Source of the DNA: an uncultured virus (IMG/VR IMGVR_UViG_3300032229_000206)
Lineage: Duplodnaviria; Heunggongvirae; Uroviricota; Caudoviricetes
IMG/VR virus record: IMGVR_UViG_3300032229_000206
Reading direction: 5' to 3' (one strand)
DNA length: 64,000 bases
Shown here: positions 47,894 through 58,180 of the stretch, in pieces
Layout of the letters: every line of letters starts with the position of its first letter
Position numbering within the stretch: the stretch's first letter is position 1
Translations under genes and position numbers: made by a program
Notes under the pieces: generated by a model
What the model saw: only the letters and a program-made list of their open reading frames with translations
Database searches by the model: none
Told to the model about the DNA's origin: nothing

Positions 47894-50443
47894 CTACGTA
47901 TTTGGCTGTGCTAGGTATATCGCGTAGGTGGAGCCGCTAGTAATCCACTCTTCCAAAGCTCCCTTGGTTATACGAACCTGGATAGCCACGCGATTCTTGT
48001 AGTAGTGGCTACGCCCTTGGTTAGGGGTTGAGCCTTCCCAGAACAGGTCCTGCCCTGGGATGATGCGACCGTTAGTGCCATCAAAGTAATCTAGTACTAA
48101 ACCAGAGTTTTCAAAAAGTGCTTCTTTAACCAAAACAGTTCTAGAAGATGCGCTTGCTGTCCAAGTTAAACTAACAGTTGCGTAGGCTGCCGTAGCTGGG
48201 GCTAAGGCAGAAACACTTGGACGCGAGTAGTCAGCGTTGGTAAATGTCATAGCTTGAGTGCTAGTAGACAATAGAGTCTTTGATGAGTCGTACCATAAGA
48301 TGTTTACAGAACCACTACCGCTAGTTTGAGTTCCACCCTTAACGTATAAGCTAAATGTGTAAGAAGAGCTAGGGTAGAAAATCTTCATGTATTGAGTGTT
48401 GTTAGTAAAAGACCTAAGAGTTACAAGACCAGCTGCTGTTGATGTAACTGTTGGTATATCAGATGGTCGTGTAATAGTTCCGTTAACTAATGACCAAGGT
48501 TGAAAAGTACTGCTTACATTAAAGAACGTAGGATTAACTAGCTCGTTTATACGATTAGCTTTAAGAGTAATGTGAGCTTGACGAGCTTCATCAAAGTCAG
48601 TAACACTGCTAGCCTGTTCAAATTGACAGTTGTCAAAGTAGTGATGTTCGTTAGATGCGGCGTTTGCTACGTTAGACACTGTAAGAACAGGTACAGCGTA
48701 GTAAGACTCTTGAACAAGTTTAGTTGTAACAAGGAATCCAGAACCAGTAGCGCTTCCAATATCTGTTTTATTTAAAGTAAATACTGTAGTTGTATCAGCG
48801 CCTTTACCACCGTTAATAACGGCAATAGATATCACAGCTCCATTAAAGATAGTAACGTTAACTCGTGGAAGAGTTGAGGGTTGTTTTCCAGACACATAAG
48901 TTAAAGGAACGTTTGCGTATGTACCATCTACATACCCTGTTCCAGCAGTGCTGTTATATGGGTTAAAGGTAATATTACATGGAGCATTTGCTGAAACTGT
49001 TCCTCTTGCAGAGAAAGAGCCTGCAACGTTAGATACAGAGCTACCTGTAGTTGTAGCCATAAAAGTGCCGAGGCGGTCGTACCAGCTAATGCCTGCGGTA
49101 AAAGTTCTAGAAGTTACGCTAGCCGCCGAATAGGCGCTAAACGTGTATTGGTCTCCAGAGGTTACTGGAATTCCATAGACAATAGGATTAGACGAACCGC
49201 AGTTAATAGTAACAACTGCAGCACTAGAACCAGCGTTACCTAATGAAAGATACCCATTTTGCTTGTTTGGGTATAAAGCAGGGGCAGTGGGTTCATTACG
49301 GGCTTCTGGGTACGGGGTAACAATTGGGTAGCTTTGAGTATCTGGATTAAACGCAGAAACTAATGCGATATTAGGAGCCACAATATTTACGTCAATACCT
49401 GTAGGGTCTGAGCCCGTAATAGCAACAGGAGTTATAGAATTAAACTTAGGAATTTTAAAGCCACTCAAAGTTACAAAGTCACCTACGGTATACCCGTTTA
49501 CTCCAATGTTTAAGTGAACAGTATTAGAGTTTACAAAGAAAGAGTTAACAATATCTTTTTTAATATGACGCAAGGTTCCGCTACCGTCACTAGAAGCCCA
49601 ACGCCCGACCCCCTCTTCAAATGAGGAGTCGTTGTAATCAAGCATAAGGTTGTGACTTGTTTTGATACCTTCTACTACAGGGTGAACAGACCCATCAATT
49701 GGGGAAGGGCATGCCCATCCCGTAAACGCTTTAACGTATTGTCTAATGCCCTGAGATGAACCTTTTTCTTTTGATAACTGTAATGAGTCACGTACTAAAA
49801 CTCTAGAGTTTTGAAACCCAATTTCAGGTTCAAAAGTAACTCCAAATTGATTTAATAAAAGGGGAATGACTGTATTAGACATTTGTTCAAAGTTATATCG
49901 TTCAAACAATGTTTCAACAGTTCCCTTAATGTAGTCAAACTGATAGCCAAATAAAGATAAGAACTCTTTTAAATCATTGTTTTCATCAGGAATAGATGCT
50001 ACGTAGGGAGTTGTTAATTTTGTAATTTTTGGCATTAAGTCATAGAGGCGAGTTCCACCACCGTAGTTAGGTACAGCAAACCCAATTACTTTACCTGCTA
50101 ACACCCACGTATTTTGAGTTGTTTCACGTACAAATAAAGAATAGTAGTAAAACTTTGGTTTTTCTAAAGTTGCTCTATCAACATAGGAATCATCATTCTC
50201 TATCTTTAAAGTAGAGAATACATTTATACCATCTGTTATGTTTACTGGAAATCCGTAAGGACTTCTCATAATTTTCATCTGGTCCCAGTCACCAATTGGT
50301 ACAGACCATTTAAGGGTTATCTCTAAATAATTAGAGGACGTGGCTGTAACTGGAGAGGCATCAAACGTTAAGGGGTTATCACTACCGTAGTAGCTTAAAG
50401 GAAAACTGGGAGAGCTATAGTAATCAAGGCCGTAACGTGACAT
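47894..50443 (-). CDS. Baseplate wedge / tail protein with carbohydrate-binding-like repeats
   Basis: LYDLMP..DLKEFL..FG, KEKGS..G; SSFEEG / NPTF CBM-like starts; follows baseplate J. Confidence 0.7.
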   Translation of the reverse strand: MSRYGLDYYSSPSFPLSYYGSDNPLTFDASPVTATSSNYLEITLKWSVPIGDWDQMKIMRSPYGFPVNITDGINVFSTLKIENDDSYVDRATLEKPKFYYYSLFVRETTQNTWVLAGKVIGFAVPNYGGGTRLYDLMPKITKLTTPYVASIPDENNDLKEFLSLFGYQFDYIKGTVETLFERYNFEQMSNTVIPLLLNQFGVTFEPEIGFQNSRVLVRDSLQLSKEKGSSQGIRQYVKAFTGWACPSPIDGSVHPVVEGIKTSHNLMLDYNDSSFEEGVGRWASSDGSGTLRHIKKDIVNSFFVNSNTVHLNIGVNGYTVGDFVTLSGFKIPKFNSITPVAITGSDPTGIDVNIVAPNIALVSAFNPDTQSYPIVTPYPEARNEPTAPALYPNKQNGYLSLGNAGSSAAVVTINCGSSNPIVYGIPVTSGDQYTFSAYSAASVTSRTFTAGISWYDRLGTFMATTTGSSVSNVAGSFSARGTVSANAPCNITFNPYNSTAGTGYVDGTYANVPLTYVSGKQPSTLPRVNVTIFNGAVISIAVINGGKGADTTTVFTLNKTDIGSATGSGFLVTTKLVQESYYAVPVLTVSNVANAASNEHHYFDNCQFEQASSVTDFDEARQAHITLKANRINELVNPTFFNVSSTFQPWSLVNGTITRPSDIPTVTSTAAGLVTLRSFTNNTQYMKIFYPSSSYTFSLYVKGGTQTSGSGSVNILWYDSSKTLLSTSTQAMTFTNADYSRPSVSALAPATAAYATVSLTWTASASSRTVLVKEALFENSGLVLDYFDGTNGRIIPGQDLFWEGSTPNQGRSHYYKNRVAIQVRITKGALEEWITSGSTYAIYLAQPNT

Positions 50444-50444
50444 C

Positions 50445-52160
50445 TTATTCGATGCCTCCAGTTGTAGTTAATTCTAGAGTACCTAATTGAGGCAACTCAT
50501 TAGTAGAGCAGATGATGTCTCTAACTGTAAGAACTGTGACTTTTGCAGTCGACCCACCAACAGCTGTAGTAGGAACTGCAGTTGCAATACATACATAGCT
50601 GAACGTTGTTGGAGCAGTAGCTGTAATAACATATGTGCCATTAAATGTGGCATCTACATTTGTAATCAACACAGTCTGACCAACAGATAAATTGTGGGTA
50701 GCTGAAGTAGTAAGTGTTGCTACGTTACTTGTAAGCACTTTGTTGTTAATAGTAAAAGTTTGCTCTTCATCTGAACGTACTAGCTTAGACACAGCTACTC
50801 TTGACACGCCAGGCACAGCATTAACAGAGCTTAGTAAATCTTGTAAGTTAATTCGGTCGTTAAAAGCCACGTTATCAAAATCAAATAGGCTTTCAATAGC
50901 AGATTGAATATCAGCTGTAACCTTAGCTTTAACGTATTGAGGAAGTAACACACAATCAAGTTTAACTTGCGCTGGTACATACTTAGGAGGTTGGAAAGTA
51001 AGGGTTGTTCCTGGAGGAGTTTTATCCGAGAAGAACGCATAGACTTTTTCAACTAGGTTATTAAAAACTGTTGATGCAGTTAAGCCATCGGATTGAAGTC
51101 CAGAGTCTCCGTAAGGAGCCAAATAGATAGTAATACTGCTGTAGACCTCAGCAATAGAAATAGCTTTAGCTACTCCTTGTACCTGTACAGCTAAAGAAGA
51201 ATAGTCTGCTAAAGATACAGCGCGACTTAATGCTCTAATACTTAGCGGAGCATTTATTCTAATAGAATCTGTTGTTTCTGGGTCAGCGCCACCAGTAGCA
51301 GCTCCTGATACTTGTCCAACAGTTTGATTAACAACAGTTAATCCTGTTGTTTGATTAGTAAGAATAAACTTAATAGTGTTAGCTGATACGTTGCCTTGAA
51401 CGCCGCCACCTACACGATAGGTAGCAACAATTTGAGCTCCATTAGGTGGAACTCGACCACTGATACCGTCTCCAAATGTTACAAATGTAACGTCTTCAGC
51501 GTCAGCCTCTGCTGTAAATACGGGGTCAAATTCCTGATAGTCAATTAGATATGAAACTTGTGAGTAGTTAACTCCAGAAACAACTATTGAAACGCTACCA
51601 TTGATAACAGGACTTTGTGCTAACTCAAAAATTTGATTAGGTCCGCCGTCAGAAACTCCAATAACTTCGTTAACTACTGTCTCACCTTGAGTTGCTCTAA
51701 CCGTTTGAGAACCATTTATTGTTCCAGCTTTTGCTGGAACTGTTATAGCAGCGTCAGTTTCAAACACTACCTGAGTTCTTTGACCATTGTTTACTACGCT
51801 TGTTGCTACCTGTGTGCTTTTTGGTACAGTAATTGGGTTAGCAGTTGAGTTTTGAAAAGTAAGAAGGACGGTAGAAGGTGACGCTGACGTAGGAATGTAA
51901 CCAAGAATTTTTGCAATTTGAAGTACGCTAGCTTTTTGACTGGCTGTAGATAAGAAAGACTCGTTAAGAGAGCGGTCAATATAAAAGTTTAGTTCGTCTC
52001 CAATGTATGAAAACAGCTCAATCATAACCATGCCAAAGTCTGCAGGGTCGCGGTTAGTCCACTTAGGTGCAAAGTTAGGAATAAGACTTATTAAATCTGC
52101 TCTTATAGCTTCATAGTCTCTAGAGGTGTAGTCCACCTGAGGTACAAAATTATCAGCCAT
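50445..52160 (-). CDS. Baseplate J / wedge subunit
   Basis: DYTSRDYEAIR, WT..DPADFG, GGADPET, RAVSLADY. Confidence 0.9.
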   Translation of the reverse strand: MADNFVPQVDYTSRDYEAIRADLISLIPNFAPKWTNRDPADFGMVMIELFSYIGDELNFYIDRSLNESFLSTASQKASVLQIAKILGYIPTSASPSTVLLTFQNSTANPITVPKSTQVATSVVNNGQRTQVVFETDAAITVPAKAGTINGSQTVRATQGETVVNEVIGVSDGGPNQIFELAQSPVINGSVSIVVSGVNYSQVSYLIDYQEFDPVFTAEADAEDVTFVTFGDGISGRVPPNGAQIVATYRVGGGVQGNVSANTIKFILTNQTTGLTVVNQTVGQVSGAATGGADPETTDSIRINAPLSIRALSRAVSLADYSSLAVQVQGVAKAISIAEVYSSITIYLAPYGDSGLQSDGLTASTVFNNLVEKVYAFFSDKTPPGTTLTFQPPKYVPAQVKLDCVLLPQYVKAKVTADIQSAIESLFDFDNVAFNDRINLQDLLSSVNAVPGVSRVAVSKLVRSDEEQTFTINNKVLTSNVATLTTSATHNLSVGQTVLITNVDATFNGTYVITATAPTTFSYVCIATAVPTTAVGGSTAKVTVLTVRDIICSTNELPQLGTLELTTTGGIE

Positions 52161-52161
52161 T

Positions 52162-52563
52162 TTATCTTATCTCCCTTATAAGTTCCCCTGCTCGTGTAAG
52201 CAGTTGTGTTTTTATATTTAATGAATCAATAATGCCTTCTCCATTTTTATTATAAAAAATAGTACATTCTAATGCATCATTAACAACGTTTGCAGTTACC
52301 CTTATTAAAGTAAGGTACGAAAACCAAGTGCTAAAACATCCAGCAACTGATTCAGATACAAGTTCTATAGCATCATTTTCATTTTCAAAAGCTGCTTTTT
52401 GCGCGTCCGTACCAAAGTTAGGTCGCATTACACGCTCGTCAAAGCTAGTCATTACAGCTAATACAACTCGGTCTTGAATAATTTTTCTAAGGTCTGTTGT
52501 GTATGCAATTTCCCCAGCACTGTTAAAAGAAAAGGGTAGAGATATAGCGCGTTGTTCAGCCAT
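52162..52563 (-). CDS. gp25-like baseplate protein
   Basis: ISLPFSF, T...ERVMRPNFG. Confidence 0.85.
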   Translation of the reverse strand: MAEQRAISLPFSFNSAGEIAYTTDLRKIIQDRVVLAVMTSFDERVMRPNFGTDAQKAAFENENDAIELVSESVAGCFSTWFSYLTLIRVTANVVNDALECTIFYNKNGEGIIDSLNIKTQLLTRAGELIREIR

Positions 52564-53089
52564 CTAACTCAACTCCCATCCACACTGGATAATTAGGGTC
52601 TCCACCTATAAACATAACCCACACCTTTTGACCAACTCTAGGTACAAGTCTATGGGGTGTATGCTCAGGAGTCTGGTTTGTCTCCTGGTCATCATTCCAT
52701 TTTTCATCTTTATCAGCATCCGTTTCATGCTCATGGTCAAGGCTAAGGTTGTTACCTGTGTGATTATTAGTATGAGTTAAAGTCTGGGTAGCACTAAAGG
52801 TGTGGGTGTGGGAACCAAAGGTGCTGACTGTGGCTGGTCCAGAGGTACCTGATACAGATACAGCGTGGTCTCCATGGGCATTAAGCAAAGCAGCTACCTC
52901 AGCTGCTAAGTGCTTCTTATGGTCAGGGTGGTTAGAGTTAGCAATTACTGGAAGGCATGGTCTAGCCCACTCTGTAACCTCTTGCCCCATAACTTGAGGA
53001 ACCTGAAGTTTAATACGGCTATCGTTTTCTGGGTCGTCAACGTCAGCGCAGATACCTTGATAGATACCATAGAACTTTAACTCATCCAT
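52556..53089 (-). CDS. Baseplate spike (gp5/VgrG OB-fold) with His-rich insert
   Basis: FYGIYQG...DPE..RIKLQVP...WA.PC; P.VGQKVWVMFIGGDPNYPVW. Confidence 0.85.
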   Translation of the reverse strand: MDELKFYGIYQGICADVDDPENDSRIKLQVPQVMGQEVTEWARPCLPVIANSNHPDHKKHLAAEVAALLNAHGDHAVSVSGTSGPATVSTFGSHTHTFSATQTLTHTNNHTGNNLSLDHEHETDADKDEKWNDDQETNQTPEHTPHRLVPRVGQKVWVMFIGGDPNYPVWMGVELDG

Positions 53090-54420
53090 TAACTAGCCTT
53101 TTTCTGCAATCGTTTAGTGACCTGAAGTGGCCTTCTTTTTTCTACAAACGTTACTTTTTTAATAGGAGTTGTTGTTTTCCATAAAGATGGCGCTGCTACT
53201 TTAGCTGCTGGTTTTGTTCGGTTTCCTATCTTACCAAAGCTTACCGTGTTTCGTTTATTTGATGGAACACTGTTTCTAATGATTTTAGACCTTGGGACTT
53301 TTTTAGTTTGTTTAATTCCAGGGGTAACTTTTCTTATCTTTGTTGATGGAGGGCGGCTTACTAAAGTTCCACCAAAACTTATAGCCTTACCTAGAGAATC
53401 AGCACCTAGATATAACTCAGTTACATAAGAAAATACGTCGCGTTCTGTTTCAATGACCTTATGTTGGGTTCCTAAGATTACCCAATATCCGCTATAGGTT
53501 GAGCCAATGCCGTCTAGGTATATAGGCATGTTAGGTCTTAGGTCTGGCTCACCAAGTACAGTGGCTGAAGCTCTATACGGAAAAGAAGCACGTAGGTCTG
53601 CAGCCTCTGCTTCATATGCAGCTACCTCAGGGTTAGGAGCAACAATCCCAGTATTAAAACGGTCAAACATTTCGTATTGAGATATTGACTTTGTTTTAGG
53701 AGGTCTCTTTTGTTTAGTAACAGACATAGGTGCTTTGGCAAGTCTATCTACGCCTTGCACAGCATGGGCAGCTTTCATGTCATCCCCATCAAAAGACAAG
53801 GACTCACTGATAATAGGTTTAAAACTATAAAGTGTAGAACCAGCAGGGTTGCCTTCTTCTCTCATCATGAAGACGCTAGCTTCGTCCCTATAGTTTTTAA
53901 AGTCTTCCATTGTAGGCTCAAAGTAAATCTCAGTATTTTGAGTTCTAATTGTGTAGCCAATTTGTTTAGCTAGACGTACTAGCATTTGCCAATCAGTTGT
54001 TCCCGCATGAGAGATTTGTTCAAATATGCGTGGGTGCGGTATTCCATAATAGGTAAGGCCGTGTTTTGATGCAAGGTCTCTCACTACTTGGTCAGCTGTA
54101 TGGTCCCTGTAAACTTTTTGAGAAGCCTGCTTTAAAGGAAAAGAACCTCCTATTAAAACAACTTCTGTAAATGCTTTTCCAGGAGTTCTATTAGGTTCAA
54201 TGTGGTGCACATACCCATAAAAATTTCTTTTAGATGTTGTTCCTCTAATCTGTACAGAAACAGGAAGACCTGGTTTTATTGAGTCATAGCTCATGTCCCA
54301 GTCTTTAAACATGATGCTCATCATTTCATGTTCATAGTTTTTTTGATACAAAGTAGCGCTGTAAACTCTGTTAGGAGTATTTACAGCGTCTTCAAATGTA
54401 ACTGTTATAAATTTAAACAT
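53089..54420 (-). CDS. Baseplate hub (gpD/gp27-like)
   Basis: TDWQMLVRLAKQIG, GEPDLRP..IYLDGIG..SGYW. Confidence 0.8.
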   Translation of the reverse strand: MFKFITVTFEDAVNTPNRVYSATLYQKNYEHEMMSIMFKDWDMSYDSIKPGLPVSVQIRGTTSKRNFYGYVHHIEPNRTPGKAFTEVVLIGGSFPLKQASQKVYRDHTADQVVRDLASKHGLTYYGIPHPRIFEQISHAGTTDWQMLVRLAKQIGYTIRTQNTEIYFEPTMEDFKNYRDEASVFMMREEGNPAGSTLYSFKPIISESLSFDGDDMKAAHAVQGVDRLAKAPMSVTKQKRPPKTKSISQYEMFDRFNTGIVAPNPEVAAYEAEAADLRASFPYRASATVLGEPDLRPNMPIYLDGIGSTYSGYWVILGTQHKVIETERDVFSYVTELYLGADSLGKAISFGGTLVSRPPSTKIRKVTPGIKQTKKVPRSKIIRNSVPSNKRNTVSFGKIGNRTKPAAKVAAPSLWKTTTPIKKVTFVEKRRPLQVTKRLQKKAS

Positions 54421-54694
54421 TAGGAATCCTAAGAATTGTCCCAGATGGAATATTAGTAAAGTCTTTTATTTCTGGATTATATTCAGCAATTACCCACCAA
54501 AAAGATGGGGCCTTGTAGTATTTATAAGCTAAGGTATCTAAGCGCTCCCCCATAGAATATGTGTGTTCAAAGTATGTAACTCTGCCTAGGTCGGTCATAG
54601 AATAAAAAACTGCAGGGTTTTCATCACCGTTTTCTTTTGTTGAAAAGAAATCAATAAGAGAGTACTCGTATCTGGAACCTGAATAAATAGTCAT
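54413..54694 (-). CDS. LysM / tail-X-like baseplate protein
   Basis: GERLDTLAYKYY...WWVIAEYNP...GTILRIP. Confidence 0.85.
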   Translation of the reverse strand: MTIYSGSRYEYSLIDFFSTKENGDENPAVFYSMTDLGRVTYFEHTYSMGERLDTLAYKYYKAPSFWWVIAEYNPEIKDFTNIPSGTILRIPNV

Positions 54695-54702
54695 AGTGTC
54701 TC

Positions 54703-55824
54703 CTAAATAAGTGTTGAACCAGCAAAGCAGTCAATGCTAAAGCTGACCGATGTTCGCAAAGGAATCATTTCTTCTGTAAACATGGTGTGGTTAATGCTTA
54801 AAGACGTAGCCCAACCTACATAAGAAAGGGACTCTTTTGCACTTGGTCCAAGTCTAATAGCTAATAAGTTTGGAGCTAAGAATCCTATGTTTGAAGTTTC
54901 TTTATTTAAAAGGGTTGTCCAACTACCCCCAACAGTTCCAGAACCGTTGATGCACTTAAACAAGTACTCTAAGTCAGCCATAGTACCAAGCCTTGATAAA
55001 TCATAAAGTTTTTTTTCAATTGATTCGCCAGAGTTTTCATCTAACCCGTGTTTATAAGAATTTTTAATTGCATCATTAAAAGATGGGTATGGGCCCTTTT
55101 GAGTCTTTGATGCTCCAGCAACGCTTCTAAGCATTGCAAAGTCATTAACCCTATCTAGTACGATGCTAAAAGAAACAGATTCTTGTCCAGGAAACGCTCC
55201 AGAGACTCCTCGAAGACGGTCAGCATTAGACGGTGTTACATCCATGTTTCTAGAAACAGAGGTTGAAATCTGGTCTGGGTTCCATAAAAATTGAAACCCA
55301 TAATTGTAAGAGCTTGCCAAAACTTTGTTCGGGTCGTCCTTAGCAATTTTTTCTTGATTTATTTGTTTATCTTTATACGCTTTTGCTACTTGGTTTCCAG
55401 TTGATTCAACTACACCAGCATCATCTACGGTACTTACATTTGCACCAGTATCGTAATACCAGATAGCTCCTCTACGAGTTCTATGTAAGCTGTCCTGGTC
55501 ATTGCTATATAAGCTTTCAGTACCAATAACATCTCTTGCTCTTACTGGCAGGCTTGAAACGTGTGGTGGAAGATTCCATTTGCATCCATCTTTAGGCCTA
55601 GCTTTTTTTTCTCTATCACTTAAAATTTGAGTTCTTGTAGGAACTGGCGGCTTGTATGGGGTAGGGTTTTGACTTGCATTAACAAACTTTTTTATACCTT
55701 GATTAGTTGTAGTTGCACCAACAAGAGACAAGCCTATATTTTTAACCCATCTAACAATTGCATTTTCATTAGCTGCATTTTTTTTAACAGCAGAGGTGTT
55801 TTTATTTGGAGTTGACATTGACAT
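54703..55824 (-). CDS. Tail tube initiator-like protein
   Basis: FQFLWNP..IS, SFSIVLDR, HTMF..MIP.R; between tape measure and LysM genes. Confidence 0.6.
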   Translation of the reverse strand: MSMSTPNKNTSAVKKNAANENAIVRWVKNIGLSLVGATTTNQGIKKFVNASQNPTPYKPPVPTRTQILSDREKKARPKDGCKWNLPPHVSSLPVRARDVIGTESLYSNDQDSLHRTRRGAIWYYDTGANVSTVDDAGVVESTGNQVAKAYKDKQINQEKIAKDDPNKVLASSYNYGFQFLWNPDQISTSVSRNMDVTPSNADRLRGVSGAFPGQESVSFSIVLDRVNDFAMLRSVAGASKTQKGPYPSFNDAIKNSYKHGLDENSGESIEKKLYDLSRLGTMADLEYLFKCINGSGTVGGSWTTLLNKETSNIGFLAPNLLAIRLGPSAKESLSYVGWATSLSINHTMFTEEMIPLRTSVSFSIDCFAGSTLI

Positions 55825-58028
55825 TATGATTTAGCCGCCTTTGCAATAGTGTCTTGACTTGTTAAAGCAGCTTTTAAAGCCGCCACAGTGTCATTAGGGT
55901 TGTTGCTTCCATCAATTTTAATGTTGACTCCGCCGTAGTTATAAGTGTGTCCAGTTTCTGGCTTTGAACTTTTTGCAAATTCACCCATGCTTTTTGTTAA
56001 ATTAGAAAGCAAAGACTTTGTACTATCTGGGTCTTTCTCCAACAAAGAGCGCATAGTAACTCTTCCTGAGTCGCTATTAAATACGGCAGAGGATTTTCCT
56101 CCGTATTTTGTGCCACTGTAGTTTGCTGAAGACCCATCAAACTTGTAGTTACTTGCTTTATTTTCTCCGTTTACCCACGCAGATTTATTTACAGCAGCAA
56201 GAATATCATCTTTACTTGCACCCTTACGAAGAGCCTCAACAATTGCAGTGTAGCCACGCTCCTCAGCTCTGTTTCCTGTAAGAGTAGCAGCAGTTGCTTT
56301 TAATCCATCTTCCCAAGATGCGTAAGCTTTTACACCAATCTTGTTCATACTCTTAGCACCAGACATTGTGTAAGTAGTGTTCAAAGGGTTGTAGGCAGCA
56401 GTGTTTCTAAAGTGCCCGCCTTCAAATCGTGCCCAGGTCTTTAATGCATCAATCGAGTCTTCTTTTATTGGAGCACCTAAAGCTTTTAGCATTGCTTTAG
56501 CCCACTCTTCTGGGCTAGATTTTTCTCCCAATCCGTATCCGCCAGCTTTCACGCCTCCGCCACCATCACGGAATGGGTAGTTTGCTAGCTCGTGATTAGG
56601 AACAATCTTTCCGTCAGTTTTAGGAACAAAGAGCTCAGGTCCACGCTCACCTACAATGTATGGGGACTTTCCTGCTACTGGACCTCCCTCGGCTTTAAAC
56701 AATCCACCAAGAGCACTAACAACACCAGCTGGTCCAGCAAACGCAAAATTTCCAGCGCTTGCAATACTGTCTATAAAACCTTTAAAGAGTCCGCTTACCT
56801 TTAGTATTCCAGCAATTCTATCAAAAAGGTTTACAATTCCAGTTATAGTTTTAATAACATTGTTACCTTGAGTAAACCCAGCAGCGTTAGCATCAGCTGT
56901 TTGACCAAGTGTCTTAGATGCTTCGGCAGTTCTATTGGACAAAGATGATACAGCAGCAGTAGTAGCACCAGCTTGTTCAGCTGCTCGTTTACCTTCCGCA
57001 CCGCTCTTGATGGCTCCGCCACCAGTACGAGCTTTAAAAATAAGACCATCTTCTACTTGCTTACGAAGTAGTGGGTCTCCACCAAAGTATTGGTCAAGCA
57101 TAGACGCAAGAGCATTACCTGGCTGTAAAGAAATACGTACATCTTCTACGCTAAGGGCGCCACCACCAATTTTTTCACGGTTAATCTTGCGCCAAATTTC
57201 ATCAATAATTTGTGGCATAGGTTTCATAGAACCATCTTCACCACGAATACGAATACCAATGCCGCGAAGCATGTTAACGCTACGAGCTTGTTGTACAGCT
57301 CCATAGGCACGTGTAGCACCTTCAAGCCCAATACCAGGAGTTAAATTAGACATGGCAGCATTGCCCATCATCATTTGCTGCATGTTAGGACCAGACAATC
57401 CGTACTGTGCAGCTGTTGCATAGGCGTTAACTGCGTCAAATTTATTAGTTGCAGTGCCAGCAGCCATTAGATTTTCTGCAGCTTGACGAGCACCAGCTCT
57501 TCCTGGGTCTCCTTTACCTATTCCAAGGCGACTAAAAATACTTCCACTACCAGCAGTTGCATTAGGAGTTTGCTGGTAAAAAACCATACGACTAAGAGCA
57601 AGCTGATAATCAACAGATTCTTTTGTACCAGGCATTGCCTGTATACCACCAAGTGCTCCCGCAGCCATTGCGGCTCGGTAATCACCACCACCACCTGCAG
57701 GGGTTCTTGGTGTGTTAGGTGGTACAGCATGTGTTGGAGTTATATAAGGTTGTAAAGCATTTTGATTAAATACTAAACCCTTATTACCGCTTGTTGTTCC
57801 CTGGTAATTAACAACGCCGTCAGAGTCAACGCTAAATTTTGGGTAAGGAGCCACTTGGTTGCTTGTAGCACCAGAGGCTCCTCCCATTTTAGAGGTAGCA
57901 GTGCCAAGGGTGTTTACCCATCCACCAGTGTCTTGTCTAAGACCCTGCATCTGTTGTCTAAGTTGAGATATACCAGACGCAATGTCAGAGATTACTGAGG
58001 TTGCTTTACCGCTTGGCAAATTAAGCAA
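55824..58028 (-). CDS. Tape measure protein with C-terminal lysozyme-like domain
   Basis: Ala/Gly-rich; GGPV...VGERGPELFVP; W..FEGG...YNPLNTT...YASWEDG. Confidence 0.85.
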   Translation of the reverse strand: MLNLPSGKATSVISDIASGISQLRQQMQGLRQDTGGWVNTLGTATSKMGGASGATSNQVAPYPKFSVDSDGVVNYQGTTSGNKGLVFNQNALQPYITPTHAVPPNTPRTPAGGGGDYRAAMAAGALGGIQAMPGTKESVDYQLALSRMVFYQQTPNATAGSGSIFSRLGIGKGDPGRAGARQAAENLMAAGTATNKFDAVNAYATAAQYGLSGPNMQQMMMGNAAMSNLTPGIGLEGATRAYGAVQQARSVNMLRGIGIRIRGEDGSMKPMPQIIDEIWRKINREKIGGGALSVEDVRISLQPGNALASMLDQYFGGDPLLRKQVEDGLIFKARTGGGAIKSGAEGKRAAEQAGATTAAVSSLSNRTAEASKTLGQTADANAAGFTQGNNVIKTITGIVNLFDRIAGILKVSGLFKGFIDSIASAGNFAFAGPAGVVSALGGLFKAEGGPVAGKSPYIVGERGPELFVPKTDGKIVPNHELANYPFRDGGGGVKAGGYGLGEKSSPEEWAKAMLKALGAPIKEDSIDALKTWARFEGGHFRNTAAYNPLNTTYTMSGAKSMNKIGVKAYASWEDGLKATAATLTGNRAEERGYTAIVEALRKGASKDDILAAVNKSAWVNGENKASNYKFDGSSANYSGTKYGGKSSAVFNSDSGRVTMRSLLEKDPDSTKSLLSNLTKSMGEFAKSSKPETGHTYNYGGVNIKIDGSNNPNDTVAALKAALTSQDTIAKAAKS

Positions 58029-58033
58029 CTGTC

Positions 58034-58180
58034 TTACCTCCTAACCGTTCTCTTAGAGCGCTCCATCCAGTTAGCTCTTTCTCTAACTGATAATGCACGT
58101 ATGTCTGAAAGTGTCCAACCCGTAAAAGTTCTTGTAAGAACTTCAAACTGGTCTAACAGTTCTTCGTAATCTGCTTCGCT
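58034..58180 (-). CDS. Start-less ORF, probable frameshift extension of the tail chaperone
   Basis: SEADYEELLDQFEVLTRTFTGWTLSDIRALSVRERANWME; +1 frame relative to the upstream gene. Confidence 0.65.
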   Translation of the reverse strand, partial: SEADYEELLDQFEVLTRTFTGWTLSDIRALSVRERANWMERSKRTVRR